This document shows positions 39,722-51,400 of a stretch of DNA of 64,000 nucleotides, one piece after another (positions within the stretch are counted from its first letter, which is position 1; every line of letters begins with the position of its first letter). The stretch is from Phoronis australis (lineage: Eukaryota > Animalia > Phoronida). Where the stretch lies: positions 62,001 through 126,000 of the forward strand of contig NMRA01000347.1 in NCBI GenBank assembly GCA_002633005.1, written 5' to 3'. Both the position numbers and the translations under genes were made by a program. The notes under the pieces were generated by a model. That model was not told the DNA's origin. It worked only from the letters and a program-made list of their open reading frames with translations, and made no database searches.

Positions 39722-42700
39722 ATCGTAGTATTTTCTATGAAAATATATTACCAAACAAACTGCATGGTCCTCCAACCATTGCATGGGAGCTTATTTCAAT
39801 CTTTTAGAGCACACCTTTAGTACACACCATAAGTAAAGAAGGAAGCTTATGCCATTGCATAGCTATGCCAAAGATGTGAAGGAAATTTGACGAGGCTCGT
39901 AGCCTTATAAGTACATGACGTACATGATTACCAGCTACCTCCCTTAGTTATATATTGGGGTCACACAATGAATGCCGTAGGTCAACAGCAGCCAATCACA
40001 GTGATCGACATATATACGAATCATGTAGTGGTGACAGAGTGACGCACATACGCAATGCACTTCCTACATTACTTTATCATAATTGTGCCTCATTCTTCAA
40101 TGATTTCCGATATTTTCTTTTGGAACATTTTCATGACATGTACTCCCAACCAATTGATATGGACCACAAAAGCTATGGACAATGGTGCATCTGAACCCTA
40201 GTGTTTAGTAGTGAAGGGAGAACACTGGAACAAGGCAACGGAATAATCCCTTGAAGAGAAAATCAACAGCAATGTCAATGAGTCAGAATGGAACAATTCC
40301 AAAATCACAACAAATGATGAACAAATCACAACTTGCGACTCGCAATTTGCAATGGATCACATCGGAAATATTCCAACGTTAACAACCTTTTTACAAGCCT
40401 CCTGTTCTTCGTTGTCACGGTCTGTGTCCATATTTTATCTGCAGCTAGATAATCATAGAAAACGGTAAGTTAATTGCTGAACACAACCTCCAAAGAACAT
40501 TCTTGTTTGTCCGCCATTTTCACCGAGATGCAGACGAGAATATGTGATTTGTAAACACTGTTTTCATTGGCCAAATGATTTGGGACTGATTTTAAACTTT
40601 TAGCATACTTTAAAAAAAATTGAGAATTTTCCTGCTATAAAGTACAGTGTATGAGATTTATAATATGTAATTACGTCAAACAGATTACTCTTGGAAAGAT
40701 AACCCAATCATCCGAAAGCATTAGCGAGCAATAACAATAAAATAGAAAATACAACAAACCAATGAGAGGTCGTTTAACAAGTGTTGCCATTCAATTTTGC
40801 GTCTGCGCGTTGCAGAACATAATGCTACGGAAACCGTAAACAATGTTCGAAGTCGTGCTGTACCAAAATTTTTATTAAATGGAGTTGTAGGTTTAAACAC
40901 GACGGTAAGATGTAGTTAACGCTGTCTGTAGAATCCACCAAGTTTATGTATACAAGGTGTTGGTTTGGCCACTAAAAAGAAATTGAGCTCCAATGAAGCT
41001 TTGACGTATTGTCACACAGCCGACACTGCTGGCACTAAGAGAGAACTCGGGCAGTCAGTTGGACCTTATTCAGTGCTTATTAATTATTGACAAACGTGTA
41101 CCTTTAGTCAACCGTACCAGCTGAACTATGAAATTCAACTAATTAGTTTCTGAAGGCAGAAATTCTATAGACTGTCACTTTCTTTGTTGGCTTTTTGGCA
41201 ATATACCATTGACAAGCTCAAATTTTAGCAAAAAATGAGACCCTATAACTGATCGATCCATACTCGATAGCAAAACAACGCTTAACAGGACCAATTACAC
41301 AACACAATTTTATACGGTACAAATGTTCACGATAAAATCTCAAAAACCTTGTTTCATTTTTCTAATTATTGTTTTATTTTCGTTTCATACAACTTTATAA
41401 TTGAAGGTTTAAAATGTCTCACAGCTGGCCCTATGGTATAGAGACATAGAGTATAGTGCCACTTGCTAGGGTGGAAATAATTGCTAACAGCTTTTCGTAG
41501 AATAGTGCATAAAGTATATACATGAGAATTTCATGTAAATCTGTTGGATCACTTCTGAGATTTGATATTCCAAAGTTGGCAAAAATTTAAATTTTTAATT
41601 ACAGGGCCAAACTAACCTAACAGATAACTCGGGTATACAAGGTCGAGTTCAACAGCTGCCAGTCTCGNATCATAGTATTTTCTATGAAAATATATTACCA
41701 AAAATGTTTGACAACCTGCATGGTCCTCCAACCATTTCATGGGAGATTATTTCAATCTTTTAGAGCACACCTTTAGTACACACCATAAGTAAAGAAGGAA
41801 GCTTATGCCATTGCATAGCTATGCCAAAGATGTGAAGGAAATTTGACGAGATTCGTAGCCTTGTAAGTACATGACGTACATGATTACCAGCTACCTCCCT
41901 TAGTTATATATTGGGGTCACACAATGTCAATGAATGCCCTGATGAAGGTCAACAGCAGCCAATCACAGTGATCGACATATATACGAGTGATGTAGTGGTG
42001 ACAAAGTGACGCACATACGCAATGCACTTCCTACATTACTTTATCATAATTGTGCCTCATTCTGCAATGATTTTCGATAATTTCTTTTGGAACATTTTCA
42101 TGACATGTACTCCCAACCTATTGATATGGACTACAAAAACTATGGACAATGGTGCATCTGAACCCTAGTGCTTAGTAGTGAAGGGAGAACACTGGAACAA
42201 GGCAATGGAATAATCCCTTGAAGAGAATGTCAAATGTCAAACTTTCAACAGCAATGTCAATGAGTCAGAATGGAATAATTCCAAAATCACAACAAATCAC
42301 AACTTGTGACTCGCAATTTGCAATGGATCACATCGGAAATATTCCAACGTTAACAACCTTTTTACAAGCCTCCTGGTCTTCATTGTCACGGTCTGTGTCC
42401 ATATTTTATCTACAGCTAGATAATCATAGAAAACGGTAAGTTAATTGCTGAACACAACATTCAAAGAACATTCTTGTTTGTCCGCCATTTTCACCGAGAT
42501 GCAGACGAGAATATGTGATTTGTAAACACTGTTTTCATTGGCCAAATGATTTGGTACTGATTTTAAACTTTTAGCATACTTTAAAAAATTTTGAGAATTT
42601 TTCTGCTATAAAGTACAGTGTATGAGATTTATAATATGTAATTACGTCAAACAGATTACTCTGGAAAGATAACTCAATCATCCGAAAGCATTAGCGAGCA

Positions 42701-43619
42701 ATAACAATAAAATAGAAAATACAACAAACCAATGAGAGGTCGTTTAACAAGCGTTGCCATTCAATTTTGCGTCTGCGCGTTGCAGAACATAATGCTACGG
42801 AAACCGTAAACAATGTTCGAAGTCGTGCTGTACCAAAATTTTTATTAAATGGAGTTGTAGGTTTAAACACGACGGTAAGATGTAGTTAACGCTGTCTGTA
42901 GAATCCACGAAATTTATGTATGCAAGGTGTTGGTCTGGCCACTAAAAAGAAATTGAGCTCCAATGAAGCTTTGACGTATTGTCACAAAGCCGACACTGCA
43001 CTGGCACTAACTCGGGCAGTCAGTTGGACCTTATTCACTGCTTATTAATTATTGACAAATGTGTACCTTTAGTCAACCGTACCAGCTGAACTATGAAATT
43101 CAACTAATTAGTTTCTGAAGGCAGAAATTCTATAGACTTTCTTTGTTGGCTTTTTGGCAATATACCATTGACAAGCTCAAATTTTAGCAAAAAATGAGAC
43201 CATAACTGATCGATCCATACTCGATAGCAAAACAACGCTTAACAGGACCAATTACACAACACAATTTTATACGGTACAAATGTTCACGATAAAATCTCAA
43301 AAACCTTGCTTCATTTTTCTAATTATTGTTTTATTTTCGTTTCATACAACTTTATAATTGAAGGTTTAAAATGTCTCACCGCTGGCCCTATAGAGACATA
43401 GACTATAGTGCCACCTGCTAGGGTGAAAATAATTGCTAACAGCTTTTCGTAGAATAGTGCATAAAGTATATACATGAGAATTTCATGTAAATCTGTTGGA
43501 TCACTTCTGAGATTTGATATTCCAAAGTTGGCAAAAATTGAAATTTTTAATTACGGGGTCGAACTAACCTAACGGATAACTTGGGTAAACAAGGTCGAGT
43601 TCAACAGCTGCCGGTCTCG
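39722..43619. repeat. ~1.95-kb tandem duplication joined by a single N (41668), covering the divergent promoter
   Basis: 39722-41667 and 41669-43619 are colinear, with scattered SNPs and small indels. Confidence 0.92.
40500..40910. promoter_or_regulatory. Putative bidirectional promoter of TTC16 and the - strand gene (copied at ~42470-42885)
   Basis: YY1-type CCGCCATTTT at 40511-40520, CCAAT boxes, forkhead-type GTAAACA at ~40551 and 40836, an RFX X-box-like AATGCTACGGAAAC at 40821-40834, and a + strand donor CG|GTAAGA at 40904/40905 for a non-coding first exon. It lies between two divergent genes. Confidence 0.55.
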
Positions 43620-45429
43620 TGGCAAGAAAAATCTAACCAAAATCACATGCTCCTGTTGAAAATACATGACGATAGCTCATGTAGTCTTGCGAGATCTTGC
43701 TTTTCTAGCAAGGCACAAGTGATACCAAATGCTCTTCAGGTTAAAAAAGTTTTTTAGCAGCTGTAACAGTTTTTAACCATGTAAGAATCTGCAAAGTTAG
43801 ATTCCTATATCAAGCAGGACAATGAAGGAATTTGCGCTTCCATAGTACAACGCTCAGGAACTGTAATGATGGGTGATATCAAAATCAAAATTGTGTTTAA
43901 ATGGTTTTGATATCGGTCATCATCTCTTATCTTAACTGGCAGAACTTGGTTATTTGCATTATTTATATTTTAATTGTATTACCTTAAAGAAACGCATATT
44001 TAGATTGTGGGTGACTTAAAGGGACCTTAGAACGGAATATTGCCTTTCTAAAGGTGCTTTAGTCACTTTGGAATTGGCATATTTTGGCTTACTCTGAGTG
44101 AAAAGTGTGTTTTACTTTTGTAGTCATTTTTATGAATGCGAAGCTTGATCACCACGCTACGCTATAGACTACTTATAAGGTACATGGCAGAACATGTAGG
44201 AATGTGAAAATTTTAGACTTAAGTTCCAGTAGTAGTTTGGGGCCGTGATACTCATACTACAGTGTTGAATGCTATATTATGCCATCCAAGATTAATGTAC
44301 TTAACCAATGAGCTGTTCCAGCTATAGCTCATCGGTAGTGCCATCTGTCAGGTCTATTGATCATTAAACCATTAAGCTGGTAATGTCTTAATTGTTTAGC
44401 CTGTACTAAACCTAAGTTGGGCATTATCCTTGCTGGTAACAAACTGGTGCTTCAATGTTTTATTTGAGCAATAAGGTGCTGATTATTTTAGATTTCTTCA
44501 TCAATCTAGTTAACGTGGTATGTACCGTAACAATTTATTCATTGGCCAATAGATTTCACTACAATGCACATAACACTAAGGAACTGACATTTATTTTGTC
44601 AAAATTCATCTGACTTTGTTTATCTTCATGGCAAAAACTTAGAAGGAAACAACCAAAAAATTCACTAAATTATACCAGAGCCAGAATTAGCTCAAATTTT
44701 TTGCTTCGAAATTTGTCTAACTTTGAAGAGAAGAAAATGTTAATTTTAAAACTGAAGAGTAACACACGGTCACTTGTGTAATATGATTACAGGTACTATG
44801 TTGACATAAAAAGTGAGCTTCTCCCCGTCAAAAATACTTGATTTGGACCACATACCGTGAAGAATTTGGTCTCGGCATGTTCCTTACTGAAATTAAAATG
44901 CCGTGAAAAATTTGGTCTCGGCATGTTCTTACTGAAATTGTCTGGGTTTGGAAAGAAATGACTGTCGGTGCTTGATACTAGACTTTAATGGTTGGTTGGT
45001 CACCCTGTCCTGCCACTAGTTTGGCCTTGGAGCAATAATGAACTTTAATCATAATGTCTTTTTTTAAGCTAACCATTTTGTAGTTGAGTAAGGAACAAGT
45101 TGGGATTAGTGGTTTAAACAGAACATTAATCAGTTACGTGAGACACTGGTATGCTTTAAAGTGTCGTGACGTGAGCTGTTACCATTCTGGTTCACTGCTG
45201 CACCTTAGATGGACACATTGTGTATTGGTAACAGTCACTTATATGAGTGCCACATTTTGGAAACCAGTTTGGTGACAGTGGAGTAAACTGTACTGAAACT
45301 GCAGGACCCAGGGATATAACTGTTTGTTTTCCAATGTTTAGCCTTTTTAATTTTTATTAATATTTTATCTTATATTAATTATAGTGTTGCACTGTGCATT
45401 TCAGATTATCTCGATTTAACGAAGCCAAC

Positions 45430-48400
45430 ATGTCTGACAAGGTCACTGGTCCAAGAGAGGAATCTAGTGATTCTCTCAAGTCTGGTGATGTTGTTGACAA
45501 CCAACTGCTGTTAAAGAAGGATATTAGAATTCAGAGAGAGCATTCAGATACAATGACTGTTGCTACGACATTAACAACAGTCACCCCGTTGCCCCAGCAA
45601 CGACCTGATCTGACCCAGTTACAGGAGTCTGATTTAATCAGCGAACAATCCGACAAGGTTGCCGATCTTAAACCTACGAGTGGTAAAAGCCGAGCGTCTG
45701 CATCCGACACCATTCATGACTCGCAGAGACCTCAAAGTCAAAGTCGTAAGTCAGCAGCCACTCCGGAACGTACGCAGTCTCAATCCGCAAAATCTGACTC
45801 ATCAGAGCGCGCCCACGACTACATATTTACCCCAGCTAATGAGAACATTAAAGTCAATCAGTTCTACCCAGAGATCGAAATTCGACTCGGGGCTCAAATT
45901 CCGAAGTCTGAGATTTTAATCGATGCGGCGGAGGAAGACTCTTTAGATGAAGAAGATAGAGAGCGGGAAGAAAACGAAGCAAACAAAGAATTGGTGGAGT
46001 ATGAACAAGTGGACAGTGTCCAGCGGCCGGACGTTGACCTCGGTGACTATGATAGGCCAGATTCGGCACTAACTGATGTGACCATTGCCGATGAGTTTCA
46101 AGTTAAAGGTTTGGACTACGAGCCACACCCAACAAACAATGGTAAGACTGGTTTACTTACATGGAAAATTTTCTCAATCAGATATCACGTAATAGTTTCA
46201 TACGGTTAATAAAGTTGACGAGTAGAACAGTTTCTTTTTTCACCATCAGTAAGAAGCAACGTAAATGCACCCTTGACAGTTTCGGCTCTTATCAGCAGCC
46301 ATCTTCCACAGTTATTGGATGCCAGGTGGCGTGGTGATCAGGCTGTTCTAAATTCTGTACAACTTACATCCTCCATCATCCATGTTCGTGACCAATCCAC
46401 TTTTTTGATCCAGGTTGACTCTCTTATCTAAGATCTAGATGGATAAGATAGTCAATCTATCTTGGACAAGAAAACTAGATTGGTCATGAATTGGTATTAT
46501 GGAGGTTATAAGTTGTCCAGAGTTTTTAACAGCCTGATCGTGGCGCCACCTAGTATCTAAAAAAGTCTGGGAGATAGCTGCTGATTGGAGCCGAAACTAT
46601 CAAGGTAAGGGTAAATCATTAATATGATTGTTCTTACTGGTTGTGAAAAAAGAAACACTGCTTTTAGTTGGAATTCTTTACTTGTGTCACTTGTGTCGTG
46701 TTCTGAACCCGAGTTACCTGACTGTAGTAGGAAAATGGTTTCAATCAGCTTTTTCAGTCAGGTGTTATGTTTGTATTATACCCGGTATATTTTTTAAATC
46801 TTGGAAAAGAATTGTATTTTTCACAACTGTGACGTAAACATTTGTTGATTCTCTGCTAGCTTTCACTATACAACTCTCAACAGGTTTTTATCTTCTGTGG
46901 TTAGTTTTAATTTTGTATATCTCGTTACTAAAGGAAGATACTTTTTAAATGTTTATGTCACCACCTTCACACACTGCCAACCCTAGTTACACAATCCAAT
47001 TCATTATACACTGTGTCTGGTTGAGAGTGGTGTCCACATGTAATACTACATTGATTAAATACTGTGTCTGGTTAAGAGTGGTGTCCACACGTAATACTAC
47101 ATTGATTAAATACTGTGTCTGGTTAAGAGTGGTGTCCACATGTAATAGCACATTGAGTAAATACTGTTTTATGCGGATTTGTTGTTGCCTCCTCAGCTGC
47201 CGCTGATCTACCAAGAGCTGTGTACACCACAAATGATGAATACTCAGGAGCAGGAAAAAATAGAGAAAGTTATGAAGGGGACGAGTTTGCCTCAGAGAGC
47301 ATGTCCCTCCCTCGCAGCACTCCTGGTGGAGAAAAGGTGAATACAACGTGTCTTTTGTTGAATGAAACGAGTGTGACACAGCTGGAAATCCTGTGTCATA
47401 GGCGGGGCAGACCCCTCTGAGTGGTATGACTCACTNTCATGTCTTTTGTTTAATGAAACAAGTGTGACACAGCTGGAAATCCGGTGTCATAGGCGGGACA
47501 GACCCTTCTGAGTGGTATGACTCACTGGGACTGGGCTGTTAGTCCAATACAGTGAAGACTGGATGGGCTGCTTACATTGATTTCTATTTCTGTGGCCTGA
47601 AGACATGGCTCAACTAACCCTAGTAAGCTGTTACAGCATCCCAGACCCATGACTGGGTGGTTTGCTAACATTGATTTCTGTAGCCTGACGAGATGACAGC
47701 ACCCTCTAGTGAGCTGTTACACCGTCAAAGTTGAGGAATGTTTTTACAATCTTTCAGCAGAGTGCCCACAACACTCACTACTATCCTTCGGGCCACTGTT
47801 ATTACAATTACAATGCACATGGTGCTGAATAGGACTGAGACCTTTTAGTTTTTTGTGTCATAATTGGTTCGTCCTAAAATTCTACTGCAATTGCACCACC
47901 ATCATTCTTTGGTATTCACCCACAATGCTTGACCTGTGTCACACAAGTGTCTAATAGTATTTTCTTCACATGAAAGTGTAGTTAGTCACTATCCCATGCA
48001 ACAAACAAAAAATGGCAAAAGTGTTAAGAGCTGGATGTGATTCCCTTTTTAATGAAACTGGAAATGAGTGACATTTCAAAAAGTAGGTCAATCATGCAAT
48101 GTAGTCTTTGTACCTTCACGGAAAGGAGAGTTCAATACAGGATGAGCCATTAAATCATAGATTTGAAAATGAGTTATTTATTTCTTTTCGCAGTCCTTTG
48201 ATGTTGAGCCGACTGCGTTCACAACTGAAGTGGATGAGGAGGCTATTGATGGGGCTAAACAGCGGCAGGGGAAGAAAAAGGGTCGACTGTTTAACCCTGA
48301 AGAGTGGACCAAGAGGGAAGAGACTATTGTGTTGCCCACTATGAAGGATATTGTTGGAGCAGCAGTCAATGAACAGTAAGTGCGCGTAGAGGGGTGATGT

Positions 48401-51400
48401 CAGAGGTTGAACTATGTAGCTGTCATGAAGTGTACATAAGAAAAAGGCTTTATTGTGTCATTTGTGAGGGGCGTTGTAGGGTCAGCAGGTGGTTGTGTAC
48501 TTCGGGAGGATTTTTAGGGGACGAGAGCCCTAGGATTTGTACTGTGGGTTTTGAAGGATATTGTAGGGGGCAAAAATTGTAATGAACACGGGAAGGATTT
48601 AGAGGGACCATGGGCCCAAGGCTTTACACTATCAATGGTGAAGGGCACGTTAAGGGCAGTGATCTGTGAAGATTAAGTGGAGTTGGGGTATTTAATTGGC
48701 TGGGGGCCCAGCCATCATACTACCTATCATGTGGGAATTCTGGGGGCAGGGTGCTGTTGGTAGTGGAGGCAAGAGTGATTCACATGAATGCAAGGGAGAA
48801 TTGGGGGACTCGGACTGAGGGGCACAGATTGAGGTGCCCAAACTGAGGGGCACAGATTGAGGTGTCCAAACTAAGGGGCACAGATTGAGGTGCCCAAACT
48901 GAGGGGCACAGATTGAGGTGCCCAAACTGAGGGGCACAGATTGAGGTTCCTAGACTGAGGGGCACAGATTGAGGTGCGCAGACTCAAGGCTGCCCACCAT
49001 CTGAAGCACGTTCTTCTCATTTGCTTGAATTATTGTTGTTAGAAAGTTATTTCCAGATTGGTTATTTTACTGATGTATGAAAACAGAGACTAATTTAAAT
49101 TGTTTGCCATCAGTTATGTCAATGCTTTCCTTGAGATTAGTTCGTTTCAAGCCCCAGTACATCCACCTTCAGAGACTGTTACAACAATTAATTTTTGATC
49201 ACATTGCTCTGTGACTGACCACTAGATGGCGTATCAAGCTGACGTTCAGTTGCTTCAAGTGTTTGTACATAAAATCATGTTTCTTTTCAGCATTGGCAAG
49301 GGAATGCTCAACATGCGCAAGCTGAGATGCGACGAGGCCATTCGCAACTTCAACAAAGCGCTTAACCTCCAACCCAACATTGCCTTGTGCTATTGTCAGA
49401 AAGGCGAAGCCTATCTTCAACTCTGTGACTTTCAGTCGGCAATTATGAACTACAAGAAGGCCTGTGTACTAGAGCCAGGAAACTCGGATTATTACGCCCG
49501 GCTGGCGTTCTTGTACTACTTCCAAGGACAGTGTTTGTTTGATCAGAAGCTTTACCCAGAAGCACTAGAGTCATTCTCACGTGCAGCTGAGATGAGGACG
49601 GAGATTGTGGGATATCATACAAGAAGGTACAATAGCACAGCACCATTATGACTTGTAACTAGGGGTGCGTCTTATGGTAACTAGGGGCGTGTCTCATGAT
49701 GATTAGGGGTGTGTCTCATGGCAACTAGGGGCGTGTCTTATGATACTTTCTATTGGCATCTGCTACATAAGACAGACATGTCGTATGCTCCCACATCACA
49801 AGGAGTTAGCCAAGTAATTCTGAATGCACCACAGTCTAGAAATAATGTATACAAATTACCTCGTTGGCTAACAGTTATGTGTGTGTGATCAGAGACCACA
49901 CTTTTGCTCAATTGAGATTTAATTATTTTAGTTATGTGGAGCATATTAGAGCAGTCACATTTCTGACTTGCGCCTTTAAGTCACTTTTCATAAAACAGAC
50001 TCTTGGGCTGTTGTTTCCTAGTCATTACAGGCCATTATCTAATGTTGTCATGACTGGCTTGAGCCTGTTATTTGGATCGCATCTGTCAATGTCCTGATGG
50101 TCAGTTAATGAGAGATAGAACAGTCTCTCTAATGCAAACTAATTGCTGGTAGATTACCATGCTTGTCTTCTAGGATATAAGTTAATTGTTTTACCTATAA
50201 TTATTGTTACCTGAAATTTACATAAGTAGTACATTGGAATGTTTTTCAAACCTAATTGTGTAATAATTAATCCCATCCATTATCTTAGATTATACATCAT
50301 CATGGTACAAAATTCACAGCACAAACCTCTCACTCCAGTTTTTAACTCATATTAACACAGCTCAGCTCCGACTTGGTGATATTGGATTTATTTGAAGTGT
50401 CATTTGGCCACTGTGTAGCTGTCAATGTTGAATTATTGTGAACACGCACCGTCTTAGAATCCAAAATGTTTGGTTTGGCCTATGCCAATAAGCTCTGATT
50501 GACATTTTATGGAATCGCTGATGATTTCAGTAATCTCGTTGTTTACAAATAGATTGATATCACCCTATGAGACAAATTTTGTGAGAGTCAAATAATTTGA
50601 TTTCCGTTGTTTTTTTACCCAGCTAACTAGCCCGAAATGCAGCTTTTAGTCCTCACACATCTCTGTGTTACTTTATTTCCCTAAGTTCTTTGTTTGGTTG
50701 TTTGGTTGTTTGTGTTTCTTATGCCTGTGTTATGTCATAGATTCACCAAGCTGTGTTTCTAATGCCTGTGTTACGTCATAGATTTCCCAAGCATGCCTCA
50801 TACTCTTGTGCCATTAGACATGTACATATTCGTAACCAACAGTAAGTCAGTTAGTCCACTCTTCTGTTTCATTCTCTTAACTTACCGCCTTACCTGTTTT
50901 GTTTTTGTCATTTCCATACTTGCCCATTGAGTTAACATTTTAAGAACAGTTGCATATTAGTCCAATCAGCCATTTCTGAGTTATAATGCTCTGAAGGTAG
51001 GCAATTGTCTAATGTCCTCCATAACCTTATAATTAAACCATACACTGGAATACACCAATCAAGTGGTGATCTATGCAACGAGGTTTGACAGATTAGAGCA
51101 GTTTTGAGCTCAGTTATAGTAAATCTTTAATCGCTTCACACACAACATGGCAGACAGGTGAAATTATATTTTTTTCAAAATGTGTCAACAAAATAAGGTT
51201 TAAGAAATTAAATTTTAATCTCTTATTATGTGGAATCAGATCTGTTAAGATTTTTGTCGTTCTAGTTTTCAGAAACAGTTAACGGTATTCCTTCTAATTA
51301 AAAATTGCATGACAAACTTCAAAACAATATCTCTCTGCTAGTTTGCAAGTGGTTTAAAGTTAATTTATTTTTGTTTGGTTTATTTCAACCAAGCTGGACA

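Noticed and set aside
41669-43619. Duplicated promoter as real promoter subfunctionalisation
   Set aside because: Same single-N junction signature as three other duplications; differences look allelic.
46949-47379. ORFs with a 17-aa repeat (CVWLRVVST..)
   Set aside because: They are products of the 51-bp intronic tandem repeat.
48692-48965. ORFs with SLGTSICAPQFGHLNLCP repeats
   Set aside because: They are translations of the 28-bp minisatellite.
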